DNA of 64,000 bases, taken from assembly GCA_963739305.1 (NCBI GenBank), contig CAVTZU010000020.1:64001-128000 (forward strand). Direction: 5' to 3'. Below, one piece after another: positions 32,300 through 42,666 of the stretch (the stretch's first letter is position 1; each line of letters starts with the position of its first letter). Source of the stretch: Candidatus Bathyarchaeota archaeon. GTDB lineage: Archaea > Thermoproteota > Bathyarchaeia > Bathyarchaeales > Bathycorpusculaceae. The notes beneath the pieces are model-generated. The model saw nothing but the letters and a program-made list of their open reading frames with translations. It was not told the origin of the DNA and did no database searches. Position numbers and translations under genes: made by a program.

Positions 32300-32827
32300 T
32301 CACCCACTTCCGAAAGAGTCTAGAGCCAATCTAATATATACAGAGCGTTCTATTTCTAGTTTAGCAAAATAAGTGTCTTATTCGGTTTAGCTATGACTTT
32401 TCCGCAATGTTTTTCTAGCATCCATTATGTATCTGAATAATTCAAGACCGTGGAGCGTGCGGTTTTTTTAACTAAGCGTGTTCTCAAGTAGTCGGGGGGA
32501 TTGCAGTTGATATCCACACGATATATCAATGTATAAGCTTGAGTCTTCTTAGCTCGAACCTCAAGCCAAACTTGAACCGCAAAAAAGAGCCGCATAAGCC
32601 GCCGCCAGCCAGCCAAAAAATGAGCTTGTTCTCAAGCTGATTATTTCGACAATTATCAGGGTTTTATTGGCTGTTTTTGAGCCATTTTTGGCACAATACT
32701 AACCGTGTCTCACAGTCTCACAACTAACAATAAGGTAATTCAATGCTACCGCCAAACCAACAACATATCCAGAATTTTACATAGACCCTGAAACAAAGAG
32801 AGAATCCCCTTCAGGACTGCACAAGCT

Positions 32828-33250
32828 GTGGAACAAGCTCGAATCGAGATTTCTAGGCGAAAAAAAGAACGCTCAGAAACGCAATTGCTTAATGCTTTGG
32901 AATTTCCGTTTAGAAATGAGGATTGTAAAAGCTACAGACTTTTGAGAGTTAAGAATCAGAGGAGTTTTGAAGAGAACGAATTTTGCGGTTCACATATCTA
33001 TAGATGTCAAATTTGCACGGATTGGCTTGAATGGTTCAAGCTGTATCAGGAAGAATCAGAATCAATGGAAGGTGACATTTCAGCTTTTGACAAGCCTATG
33101 AGCGGAGCTAACCCTTACGAATCTACTCAAATTGAACCTGAAGCTAATCCATACAGAAGTGAACCGCTAGACCGTGAGCTTGAAAGAAGCGAATTCTCAG
33201 ACACAAATAGGGAATACAGAAGAGTCAGACGGAAAGACGAACAGAATTGA
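32828..33250 (+). CDS. Hypothetical protein, probably of mobile-element origin
   Basis: ORF with H..RCQIC motif and acidic tail; start uncertain. Confidence 0.4.
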   Translation: MEQARIEISRRKKERSETQLLNALEFPFRNEDCKSYRLLRVKNQRSFEENEFCGSHIYRCQICTDWLEWFKLYQEESESMEGDISAFDKPMSGANPYESTQIEPEANPYRSEPLDRELERSEFSDTNREYRRVRRKDEQN

Positions 33251-33327
33251 CAACGAGAAAATGTCCATCATACAAAAAGAAAATTGAAGATTCTTCTATT
33301 TGCTAATATCTCATAGTCTGGCAATAA

Positions 33328-33858
33328 CTATGGAGTTGCACTACATTCATTTCTTAGCACAGTTGAGATGCTTTTGACTATTTCTAGTGCGTCTTTCTGG
33401 TTATTGCTCGCTGTCATATTTGGATGGACATATTCATTCCTTTTCTTCTGTATCTTTTTCATTTCTTTGATGGATTCTACTTGTGCAAGTTTGTTCTTTT
33501 CGATGAGTTGTATCAGTTTTCCAAGACACGCTCTTTTCTTATGCTTAACCTTTTTCTTATCAAGGATGTCTAAGCAGACTCTTTCACACATTATCCCAGA
33601 AGTTACAACAGTTGAGTAATAGAGTCCAGCGATATAGATTTGATTGAATTCCCAGAAGATTCGGAAATATGGAGAACTAGCATCAAATATGCCTGTTGGT
33701 AGACTGCGAAATCTGTCTATTTTAGCATCAAGGTCACTATTGAATGTTTGACTTAGGAAATCTCTTATCAGCTTCTTTGCTTCGTCTTCTCTTCCAGCTT
33801 TGGAAAGAGCCTCATAGAGTGCGGGTATGCCATTTATAAATACTATTTTCTCTGCCAA
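33328..33858 (-). CDS. HEPN/DUF4145-like protein
   Basis: Helical protein with RNEYVH (Rx4H) motif. Confidence 0.65.
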   Translation of the reverse strand: MAEKIVFINGIPALYEALSKAGREDEAKKLIRDFLSQTFNSDLDAKIDRFRSLPTGIFDASSPYFRIFWEFNQIYIAGLYYSTVVTSGIMCERVCLDILDKKKVKHKKRACLGKLIQLIEKNKLAQVESIKEMKKIQKKRNEYVHPNMTASNNQKDALEIVKSISTVLRNECSATP

Positions 33859-33949
33859 TGCACCACCTTTCGCGTGTAGATGCTACTAATGGGCTTGAAC
33901 CTCTAGTTTGTCTTCTGTCGTTGTGCAGATTAAGGATTTCTGTCCTTGA

Positions 33950-33970
33950 GGTTTTGCGGAAAAGTTATAG
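33950..33970 (+). promoter_or_regulatory. BRE-TATA promoter, copy 2 of the 21-bp direct repeat
   Basis: Identical to 29070-29090. Confidence 0.75.
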
Positions 33971-34015
33971 CTGAATCAAGCCAACTTACTGATATGGTCT
34001 GGTAGAGGTTTTTTA

Positions 34016-34825
34016 ATGCCTAAAGTGAAAGTGAACGATATTCAGATGTATTATGAAGTGAAAGGCGAGGGTTATCCTTTGGTGATGATTGTAGGCGCGC
34101 TATCAAATCTGGACTATTGGAATCCTCAACTGATTGAGGAACTTTCCAAGAATTTCAAGGTAGTCACATTTGACACCAGGGGAACTGGACGCACGGATGT
34201 ATCTGACAAGGAGTACAGTATCAGACTGTTTGCCGACGACACAGTAGGTTTGATGAATGTCTTGGGAATTTCTAAAGCCAACATTTTGGGTTGGTCGTTG
34301 GGCGGAATGATAGCACAAGAACTGACCCTCAACTACCCAGAGAAAGTCAAGAAACTGGTCCTCTACTCAACCAGTTGTGGGGGCGCGGATGCGAAATCGG
34401 TTCGACCTCAAGACCCTCGCGCTGGAACTGTGGTCAAGGGCTTACTTGCGGGCAGTATGTCCCCAGAAGAGGCAGTTAAGATGCTTATTCGAGTCAACGC
34501 CACCAGTGATTTCATAGACAACAACCCTGACTTTGTGAAGCTTATGACACAGCGAATGCTAAAATCTCCACCACCTTCACGTGAAATGGCATTGCGTCAG
34601 GGGGTTGCGATTATGAACTTCAGCAGTTATGACAGGCTTTCAGGAATCAAGGCACCCACTCTGGTATTGAGTGGCAAACGAGACGTTCCCTGCCCTCCAG
34701 AGAACGGTCCAATCTTGTCCAAAGCCATACCCAACGCCAAACTTGTGTACCTCGAAAATTCAGGTCACGCTCTTGTAGAAGACATGGACGAAGTGATTCA
34801 CTCCATCACAGAGTTTCTTCTCTAG
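34016..34825 (+). CDS. Alpha/beta fold hydrolase
   Basis: GWSLGG nucleophile elbow, FDTRGTG, GKRD, SGH. Confidence 0.92.
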   Translation: MPKVKVNDIQMYYEVKGEGYPLVMIVGALSNLDYWNPQLIEELSKNFKVVTFDTRGTGRTDVSDKEYSIRLFADDTVGLMNVLGISKANILGWSLGGMIAQELTLNYPEKVKKLVLYSTSCGGADAKSVRPQDPRAGTVVKGLLAGSMSPEEAVKMLIRVNATSDFIDNNPDFVKLMTQRMLKSPPPSREMALRQGVAIMNFSSYDRLSGIKAPTLVLSGKRDVPCPPENGPILSKAIPNAKLVYLENSGHALVEDMDEVIHSITEFLL

Positions 34826-35018
34826 CCCAGTTTTTCTGTTCTACGCTTTCGACATATTCTTTATATTGGTCTTGTCGCTCATGGTATATCGGAGATGTCA
34901 AAAATGTCGAGTCAAAAGCGACATTTCGGGAGATATCTCCACTCGTTTTCAATAGGTTAGCTCACGCTCATAGAAAACGCAAGAAAGCAACGTTGAACAG
35001 TGCGGGCAATGACATAAG

Positions 35019-36107
35019 TCACTTCTTACGAGAGGCTCTGGTTGCAAGTAGGGTAATTCCGACTCCGATCAGAGCGGATCCAGCGCCAAGTAGGAAAAGC
35101 AAGACAAGCATTTCAGTGGGCAGAATAACGATATACTTCGTTGTGGAACTCGAAGGCGGACTAAAGTCTTCCACTGCAATCATGACGTCTTTCGTCAGAG
35201 ACCCAAGGTCTCCTTGATAAGTCAGAACAGTGAGCCATGCTCCGTCTGGAAGCAGTTCGCTTAATCTCAGGTCAACCTTTGATAGTTCTCCCGTTGAAAG
35301 CTGGAATTGTATGGGTTGCGAGATCGTTTGAGACGTTTGGTAGTAGGCAAGGTTCATCGGATACATGACGTTCTCCAACTTGCTTTCAGTAAGCAGAAAA
35401 AGCGTTATCTTCCCATCACCACCAACGGGACTTGTGATCAGAAGCGGATAATACAAGGTGCTGGAGTTGAACCTGTAGACTATTGGATCCATGCTTCTTT
35501 CCTCAGCCTGAAGAGTTACAAGGTCCAACGCGTAATACCTGAACCCTCTTGATACGTAATCTCCAACTGCGGATTGGAACTTGCCCAACGTAATGTTCTG
35601 ATCCACGCCGCTTGACAGGAGGAAATCGTTTGCCCAGTTGATCAAGGCAGTCGCGTCAGCTGCCATAACAACGGTGATGTTGTGGGCACCAATTTCCTCT
35701 TGGAAAACCACGTCTACGCTACCTCCTCGGGCACCCATTGTCGTTCCAAAGTAGAGCCTGTCGACAGCTTCTGTCCATATCATATCCTGAATCTCCTGAA
35801 AAGATTGGAACGATCCAGCTCCGATCTCGGGCTTCGAAGGAAGGGGAAGAATCTCTAACACCATTGTCTGCGCGCTCGCCCTCACATCAGTAGACAGCAT
35901 CAAGATTTCCTCATTTCCGTTCCATGCCACGATAGCCTTCTGCCCCGGCTCGTAGATCGAGACGCCGGGAATAATCGGGAGTCCACCCCTATCTGCATAG
36001 ACCAAGGGCAACAAGATACTGACAAGCAAGACAAAAAGCACAGAAGCCAAGGTTATTCTCAACCTGAACCCCACACCGTATATTTTCCCAGTCGCGCGCG
36101 CGGACAA
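35019..36107 (-). CDS. DUF2330-like secreted/membrane-anchored protein
   Basis: ADRGG..., QKAIVAWNGNEEILML, ILPLPSKP, YYPLLITS; C-terminal TM. Confidence 0.75.
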   Translation of the reverse strand: MSARATGKIYGVGFRLRITLASVLFVLLVSILLPLVYADRGGLPIIPGVSIYEPGQKAIVAWNGNEEILMLSTDVRASAQTMVLEILPLPSKPEIGAGSFQSFQEIQDMIWTEAVDRLYFGTTMGARGGSVDVVFQEEIGAHNITVVMAADATALINWANDFLLSSGVDQNITLGKFQSAVGDYVSRGFRYYALDLVTLQAEERSMDPIVYRFNSSTLYYPLLITSPVGGDGKITLFLLTESKLENVMYPMNLAYYQTSQTISQPIQFQLSTGELSKVDLRLSELLPDGAWLTVLTYQGDLGSLTKDVMIAVEDFSPPSSSTTKYIVILPTEMLVLLFLLGAGSALIGVGITLLATRASRKK

Positions 36108-36183
36108 ACAAGATCGGACACTCTACGCACGATAATTATGAATTGGCTTTCGGAGCAAGGTTATCTTGCGAAAGGTGGAAAAG

Positions 36184-36336
36184 TTGACAAAAAAGAGAGT
36201 TAAGCGAGACTCAGAAGAGGAAATTGATCTTCTCGACACTATGCTTTCTAGTCTTGTCGAATTGCTAGAGGAAAAGGGCGTTATAACACAAGAAGAATAT
36301 GAGAGACGAATCAAAGAGAAAGTCAAGATTGGATAG
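36184..36336 (+). CDS. 50-aa protein with SHOCT-like tail
   Basis: Manual translation LTKKRVKRDSEEEIDLLDTMLSSLVELLEEKGVITQEEYERRIKEKVKIG; below ORF-track cutoff. Confidence 0.7.
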   Translation: MTKKRVKRDSEEEIDLLDTMLSSLVELLEEKGVITQEEYERRIKEKVKIG

Positions 36337-37069
36337 TAAGACCGATTCGATCACAAGCGTAATAAGACAAACATTAGTAGACTTGTATTCGAGAAAAACT
36401 AGGTTTGGAAGAATGCCGAAAAAAGAAATTAAGTTAGATTTCTTTCAAGCTTCCATATCGTTTCCGAAGTCTCCGAAAGTAGTAGGGACCATCGAGCCTT
36501 TGTTTAGCAAAATGCTTTCACTCATAAAAGAGAACGAAAAAACGTTTCCTGCAAAACTTATCGTCAAGCCAAAACAGAGAAGAATAGTATTGGACGCAGA
36601 TGATTTTATGCTTAATGTCCTTTTTTCTAAAGGTATCAGTGTAAGGATATTGGTCAGCAATCCAAGCAAGAATTTGCAGACTGTAAACAGCATAGGGAAC
36701 ACCCTGATAAATTTCTTTAACACTGTTCTTGGAGAACTTGGAACTGAAGCAGAAGTTGCTACAGGTAGAACCATGTCTTTAGAGAAACCGTTTAACTTTG
36801 CAAGGAAAATCGTGGGCGATGTTCAGATGTCTAAGATTAATGAAATGACCAAAGAAGTACTGAATCCATCGGCTATTATGCTCACATATAAGAAAGGTGA
36901 GAGAGAATTTTCAATCTCCAACTTCTTTTCAACTGATGAAGGACAAAATTTCCTATCTAGCAATACAGTTTATAAAGAAAGACTTCCGTTTAATCTATTG
37001 CAGATCGAATACGACCATTTGGCAGACCCAAATCGAGTCTTTAGCACATTGCTGCAATCAGAGTTGTAA
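36329..37069 (+). CDS. Hypothetical protein
   Basis: Long AT-rich ORF overlapping the upstream stop. Confidence 0.7.
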   Translation: MDSKTDSITSVIRQTLVDLYSRKTRFGRMPKKEIKLDFFQASISFPKSPKVVGTIEPLFSKMLSLIKENEKTFPAKLIVKPKQRRIVLDADDFMLNVLFSKGISVRILVSNPSKNLQTVNSIGNTLINFFNTVLGELGTEAEVATGRTMSLEKPFNFARKIVGDVQMSKINEMTKEVLNPSAIMLTYKKGEREFSISNFFSTDEGQNFLSSNTVYKERLPFNLLQIEYDHLADPNRVFSTLLQSEL

Positions 37070-37075
37070 CAACCG

Positions 37076-37573
37076 ATGAATGCAACAGAAGGCCATGAGG
37101 AACCCATAAGTTTAGAAAAGATGAAGAAGTGGGGAGTAGTTTCAGAAACCTTCACTCATAAGACATTGCCAGATGTTTCCAGATCAGAGCTTATTGTTGA
37201 TCCGCAACTCATGTTCAGAAACTGGGTTGTGAACTATTCTCGCGCTTTTGCTTTCCGCAAAGATAGAACTGCTTTGCGGAAGCTGGATTCGCTGGAGGCT
37301 ACTTGCAGAGAATTAAGAAGCAGAGTACGAAAACTGGAAGCCTTAACAGATGTTGGAACAGAATTAACTAGAGCTGATGCTGTCTACGAATTATCCAAGA
37401 ACGAACTCGAATCCAAGTACCTTGGCAAGATTGTCGCAATAGATGTGGATTCGAAGCAGATAGTAGGTATTGGTGATTCTATTTTGGAAGCCTACAAAGA
37501 AGCGAGGAAACAGAGTTCGAAGGCAACTTTTGCCTACCGTAGAGTAGGATTTCCATATGTGCATCAAATATAG
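37076..37573 (+). CDS. DUF5678-like domain protein
   Basis: LESKYLGKIVAID...IVGIGDSILEAY...YRRVG. Confidence 0.75.
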   Translation: MNATEGHEEPISLEKMKKWGVVSETFTHKTLPDVSRSELIVDPQLMFRNWVVNYSRAFAFRKDRTALRKLDSLEATCRELRSRVRKLEALTDVGTELTRADAVYELSKNELESKYLGKIVAIDVDSKQIVGIGDSILEAYKEARKQSSKATFAYRRVGFPYVHQI

Positions 37574-37596
37574 TCGCTAAACAAAGGTGCCTTCTA

Positions 37597-38031
37597 TTGG
37601 CTGAAAAACCGTTTCTTGATACAGACTACAAGAACGAAAGTGGTAAACTTTGTCCAATGGTGGAAGTTCTAATTGGGGAAAAGAAAGTGCCAATACTAGC
37701 ATATGCCGATTCAGGATGTTCAACGGGGATTTTCCTTCTGAAGGGTCAATTCAAAGACATTAATCTAGGTGTAAAGATAAGCGATGATGATGATCCAACA
37801 CCATGTATCGTGGCAGATGGTCATAAAGTCGGTGCAGATGAATATGCATCAACGGTTTATGTCAATGGAGAACGAAAGGAAATCATTATCACAGTTGTTG
37901 ATTTAGAAAGGAAACTAGGCAGTATTCCCGTCGAGGAAATGACTCCTCTTCTGGGAAGAAACTTCATGGATAACTATGACGTTTTGTTCAAAGGAAAAGA
38001 GAAGAGATTGGCCATATTCCATCCTAAATAA
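37597..38031 (+). CDS. Retropepsin-like (clan AA) aspartyl protease
   Basis: AYADSG catalytic motif and LLGRNFM. Confidence 0.8.
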   Translation: MAEKPFLDTDYKNESGKLCPMVEVLIGEKKVPILAYADSGCSTGIFLLKGQFKDINLGVKISDDDDPTPCIVADGHKVGADEYASTVYVNGERKEIIITVVDLERKLGSIPVEEMTPLLGRNFMDNYDVLFKGKEKRLAIFHPK

Positions 38032-38135
38032 TTCCATGACCTCGATTGTGTGACATAGCCCGAAAGTCATGACTAATAATACTAAGTCTTAGAACGATCG
38101 AAATCAGAAAGTAGAACGGAGCGCGCGCTGGGATT

Positions 38136-39329
38136 CTAGCCATAAGTGAAGTACGTGGTGAATGGGAGTATCCACCATAGAGACAATAGGAGCATTGTTT
38201 TCTTGCCACTGAAGATGGAACAGGCTAAATATGAGGCAACCAAGCCTATCGAGATCCTAGCGTAGTCTTGGACGTTCCAATATGATGGGGTTGGCAGAAA
38301 CATCATGAACAAAACGTTGAAGAAAAGACTGTACAGAAAACCTTCCCGCTTGTTCTTCAGAATCTGCGTAACGAAGAATGCTAGAGAGATTATTGAAGGA
38401 ATGATGATCAAGAAGGATATGTTGAGCAATTCTGGCAGTCCATGGTTTGCCTCGAAAACGCCATAGAACGGAATCCATCTAGTTGACGTTGGCCCTCCAA
38501 CAGTTAGGATGGGAATAAATCCGAAAAAGCTGTATAGAATGATTTGGAAAAGGCCGTAGGGGACAGTTGTTATGATTAGAAACTTCAGTTTCGATCCAAG
38601 TGTGAGTGCTTTTCTAAACAGGATGCTTATGATGTAACCTGCAACAAACAGAACTGCGGTTTCCTTGGCGAAAAGTGCAAGGGCAAACAAAAGAGCAGAT
38701 TCGTTTGTTCTGCGTCTGGTTTCAAAGGCATATATTCCCAGCAGAACGAACATGTAGGAAAAAGCCTCGATGCAATCTCGAGATATTACAAACAGCTGTC
38801 CTATGTAAAGGCCATAAACCAGAGAGAACCAAGGATTGAGTCCTTTCGACTTTAGCATTCTGGCAATTATCTCGGTGCCAACGACGATGGATAATATGTT
38901 GATTATGATCATTGAATAGGGGATCAGAAAGGGGCTACCGAGTGCAAAGATTTTTGCTGCCAGTGGGAACAGTATTCTATCATATCTTGCCGAAGTGTCG
39001 AGGTTACGCCAAGCGTTGAGGGGGTCGAGAGCTATATAATAGTACATTTGTCCGTCGTAGCCAACCTCATTAAATGGAATTCTCAGGTGTGCATTTACAT
39101 AAATCGTTATTGGGCTTTCAGGGGCTTTGTCAAGAAAGGTTCTTCCGATGTATAGAAACGCAGCAGGGTTATAGTTTGCAGTCGAGAGTTTTGCAAAAGT
39201 GTATGCCAGAAGAAAAAGTAGCACGACAAAAGATGGCCTTGCCAATATCATCTTGATTTTCTTGATTCTATCCAGGTTTCGCTTGTCGTCAACCAAATGG
39301 GTTAAGCGGGCTTTGCTTGGCGAGTGCAA
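38136..39329 (-). CDS. GT-C-type multi-pass membrane glycosyltransferase-like protein
   Basis: GYDGQMYYYIALDP, RYDRILFPL, LFAKET; ~10 TM. Confidence 0.75.
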   Translation of the reverse strand: MHSPSKARLTHLVDDKRNLDRIKKIKMILARPSFVVLLFLLAYTFAKLSTANYNPAAFLYIGRTFLDKAPESPITIYVNAHLRIPFNEVGYDGQMYYYIALDPLNAWRNLDTSARYDRILFPLAAKIFALGSPFLIPYSMIIINILSIVVGTEIIARMLKSKGLNPWFSLVYGLYIGQLFVISRDCIEAFSYMFVLLGIYAFETRRRTNESALLFALALFAKETAVLFVAGYIISILFRKALTLGSKLKFLIITTVPYGLFQIILYSFFGFIPILTVGGPTSTRWIPFYGVFEANHGLPELLNISFLIIIPSIISLAFFVTQILKNKREGFLYSLFFNVLFMMFLPTPSYWNVQDYARISIGLVASYLACSIFSGKKTMLLLSLWWILPFTTYFTYG

Positions 39330-39462
39330 GTTCCCCCAGTTGGAATTGTTAAATTTCGTTAAAAGTCTTGCTCAAACGCTCTCACAACATGCTTTTCAAG
39401 CAATGGAGCCATTTTGCAGCCGCATTCCTTGGCGCGCGCTCTTCGCTCCAGCATACTGAGTG

Positions 39463-40239
39463 CTAGTACATCCCTTCCAACACTATTCTTTTTAAGATCG
39501 TGACGCCATGCTTTATTTTCAGCTTCTTTTCACCCAATCGTTCCCTGTAAACTATCGGTATTTCAACAATGTCATATCCCTTTCTTTCAATGTAATGGTT
39601 CAATTCAACTTCAACGTCAAAACCTCTTGACTTCGGCTTCCAGCCCCTAAGTAGTTGGGCACGCACGGTTCTCAGGCCAGTGAGTGGATCACTCAGTTTT
39701 ACACCGTTAAAGAAATTATGTGAGAAAGCCAAGAGCCGGTTTCCAAAATAGAGCAGATTGTGCAAAGCACCTAGATCTAGGTGCTCGTTGAACCTATTTC
39801 CGCAAACCATGCCGACCTGAGGGTTTCTTTCAAGCATCCTAACCATCGTTGGCAGATATGATGCCGGATACGTGTAGTCTGCGTCAGTAAGAACCACATA
39901 ATCAGCATCAACGTTGATGTGCCTGATTGCTGATCCTATTGCATCACCTTTGCCTTCAGCCTCTTGGCATATTACCTCGGCGCCCATGTCCTTTGCTACG
40001 TCAACAGTTCTGTCGCAACTCTTACCATCCACCACGAGAATTCGAGGTGCCGCCAAAAACTGTCTCAGCTCGGCTATCGTAGGGCCAATACCCTCTTCCT
40101 CGTTTAGCGCAGCAACTATCACGAGAACCGATGGACGACCCTTTTCTCCCTCCTCCGCCAATGTTATCGCTTGTGCGTCCCTAGTTACCACTTCAACGTC
40201 CTTCCATGACAGGAGCGGACAAGGAAAAAGCTGCGTCAT
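39463..40239 (-). CDS. GT2 family glycosyltransferase (dolichol-phosphate glycosyltransferase-like)
   Basis: AALNEE, VVDGKSCDRT, GKG, DADYTYP, DPLTG, YRERLG. Confidence 0.9.
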   Translation of the reverse strand: MTQLFPCPLLSWKDVEVVTRDAQAITLAEEGEKGRPSVLVIVAALNEEEGIGPTIAELRQFLAAPRILVVDGKSCDRTVDVAKDMGAEVICQEAEGKGDAIGSAIRHINVDADYVVLTDADYTYPASYLPTMVRMLERNPQVGMVCGNRFNEHLDLGALHNLLYFGNRLLAFSHNFFNGVKLSDPLTGLRTVRAQLLRGWKPKSRGFDVEVELNHYIERKGYDIVEIPIVYRERLGEKKLKIKHGVTILKRIVLEGMY

Positions 40240-40996
40240 AAACGTCCTGTTCTCTCTTCGTTACTCCATACTAGACAAACTACTACCTTCCCCTCTCGTC
40301 CATCTCCTTCCTCTAACCGCGCACGCTACGCGCGCAACAAGATATTCAATCACCTGTTAGATAAGCCTATCTGAAACATGATTCTACGTGCAAAAGCACG
40401 TTTTTCAAACCGTCACCCATATAATTTTGGCAAACAATTCATCAACTAACATCCCTTAGCCAGCCGATGAATTGAGATGGCCGACTAGTCACTATTACGG
40501 TCAAAGATGTGAGTTTCATACGATACACTTCAAGACGCGTGCGAAGAACGGAAGCCCAATGCGGGACTAGGGTAGTGTACAAGGTATTTGAAGAACACAC
40601 TCATGCATAGTTGTCCAATGTTATCATATGGCCTCATATCAGTCGCCTTGAGCGCTGTTGTCCTAGGTGCCACAGCGTATTTTTGATACGTACCTTACTT
40701 ACTACAAGAGAGCTTCGCCGCCATAGAGTGGTGCCGGGGTTGTTTTTTTGGTACACAAAAGATGCAAGAAGAGCTTGTTAAGACGGCATATTCAAGGCCT
40801 GATATTGAACAAAAGTTACTATGACCACGAGCGTTCTGAGATCGTGTGCAGAGTCTCCCGCGTTGAAATTATAGATCTGCTGCGACAGCCTATAGACTTG
40901 CACGTTGTTCCTGATATAGAGAAGGGTGAAGTTTTGGTTGATTCGCTCGGTCATGGCTCATTTCAGAGAACGGCAGAAATCGAGGAGTGAGTTGCA

Positions 40997-41368
40997 TTGG
41001 TGAAAACTCTCAGAACGACTCGCATAATCAGTGGTTTGGCTTCTTGTCGGCAAATCTTGCGACTTGATACTCAGCGCGTTCGCGCACAACTCGTTCGCAA
41101 GCTTGGAGGTATATTCAACGACGCAAACGCTTTGGCACATGCCAAGGAATTACAACCTAAGGAAAGAGTGGGATGGGCACGCGTTGCTGCGTACGTAGCC
41201 CAGACAATTGATGGACTTTGCTCAGGGTTTGATGAAAGACAGATCGATACGGATCTTGCTGAACTTCAGAGGCTTATAAATGAAGCAAAGGCAAAAGTGC
41301 AAAATGAAAATCTCCAAACAGGAACTCTACTCGACTGGCAGGATTCAAATTCCACAGGATCCAATTGA
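40997..41368 (+). CDS. Helical protein, candidate terminase small subunit
   Basis: Position immediately upstream of and overlapping TerL. Confidence 0.5.
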   Translation: MVKTLRTTRIISGLASCRQILRLDTQRVRAQLVRKLGGIFNDANALAHAKELQPKERVGWARVAAYVAQTIDGLCSGFDERQIDTDLAELQRLINEAKAKVQNENLQTGTLLDWQDSNSTGSN

Positions 41369-42665
41369 ACTTGCGCGCGCAGCTTTCAAATTTACCCCGA
41401 CTGTCTACCAAGAACGTCTTTTAAGAGACAAGAGCAAACGAATAGTCGTAAGATGGAGCAGACAGGCAGGGAAGACAACTACTGTTGCGTTGAAGGCGCT
41501 GTGTTTTGCCCTCTCGAATCCCAAGACGCTCACTCTGATTGTTGCTCCTTCGCTTCGACAATCGATGATCATGGGAGATCGCGTCGAAGACTTTCTCGAC
41601 CAATTGCCGTTGAGGTTACGAAGAAAAATTGTCGCCAAGGAGCAGCGAACTGTAAAGCGGTTCAGGAACGGCGCTCGCATAATCATATTGCCAAATTCGC
41701 CTCAGCTTCTCAGAGGGTACACCGCTGATCTCGTCATTCCTGATGAAGCCAACTTCTTCAACGATGACGAGCTCGTCTTCTATAGCGTGCTTTACCCCAT
41801 GCTTGCCACAACTGACGGGATTCTCATTGTTCCAAGTACGCCGTGGAACAAGGACAGCGTATTCTACAGGATGTGCAAAAGCGATGAGTTCAGCAAGCAC
41901 GTTGTGACCTGCGAAGACGTTGTGAAAGTTGGCCTTGTCAAGCAAAGCTTCATCGACCAGATGCGTCAAGAACTGCCTGAAGAAAGGTTCCGTAGAGAGT
42001 TTTATGCCGAGTTCATAGAGGACGCCGACAACTGGCTTACTCAAAGCCTGATCGTCAACTGCATTGACAGCCAGCTTGAACTCTCCGATTTCCATTCTGT
42101 TCTTCAAGGCAATTTCTACATTGGAGTCGATTTTGGAAAACATCAGGACCACAGCGTAATCATCGTAGTTGACAAATCCACGAAACATCTTCGTCTGGTT
42201 CATGCGCACAGATTTCCTCTGAAAACAGACTACGCAAGCGTGATCGGCTACATTAGAAGTCTTCGAGACCGTTGGCACTCCGTTCGAAGCGTTTACGCTG
42301 ACATAACTGGTGTAGGAGATTACATCGTTGAAGACATGACCAAGAGCGGAATAGCCAACGTTATAGGAGTACCATTCACGATCAGCAACAAAGAAGAAAT
42401 GGCAACGATCACAAGGGAAAAGATGCGTGCTGGCGAAGTGAAGATTCCATATTCGCCTGCGAAAACTAGTTCTGACATAGACTTCACGGCCGAGTTGAAC
42501 GTGGAAAAGTTCGAGTTGTTAAAAACAGGTCATTTCAAGTTTGCACATCCAGAAGGCTCGCATGATGACGTCTTTTGGGCCACCTGCTTAGCCATCTACG
42601 CGGTGGTGAAGCAGCCCGTATCATTAGGCATGATTGGTTTTGGACCGGTAGGAGACAAAGCCTAA
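41280..42665 (+). CDS. terL: Terminase large subunit
   Basis: SRQAGKTT, LRG, IPDEA, STP, nuclease GVDFGKHQD and HDD. Confidence 0.95.
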   Translation: MKQRQKCKMKISKQELYSTGRIQIPQDPIELARAAFKFTPTVYQERLLRDKSKRIVVRWSRQAGKTTTVALKALCFALSNPKTLTLIVAPSLRQSMIMGDRVEDFLDQLPLRLRRKIVAKEQRTVKRFRNGARIIILPNSPQLLRGYTADLVIPDEANFFNDDELVFYSVLYPMLATTDGILIVPSTPWNKDSVFYRMCKSDEFSKHVVTCEDVVKVGLVKQSFIDQMRQELPEERFRREFYAEFIEDADNWLTQSLIVNCIDSQLELSDFHSVLQGNFYIGVDFGKHQDHSVIIVVDKSTKHLRLVHAHRFPLKTDYASVIGYIRSLRDRWHSVRSVYADITGVGDYIVEDMTKSGIANVIGVPFTISNKEEMATITREKMRAGEVKIPYSPAKTSSDIDFTAELNVEKFELLKTGHFKFAHPEGSHDDVFWATCLAIYAVVKQPVSLGMIGFGPVGDKA

Positions 42666-42666
42666 C

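Noticed and set aside
40360-40990. tRNA or att site at the left edge of the virion cluster; ORF 40748-40990
   Set aside because: No cloverleaf or T-loop found, no matching repeat seen at 59.1-59.7 kb, and the ORF has no recognisable motif.
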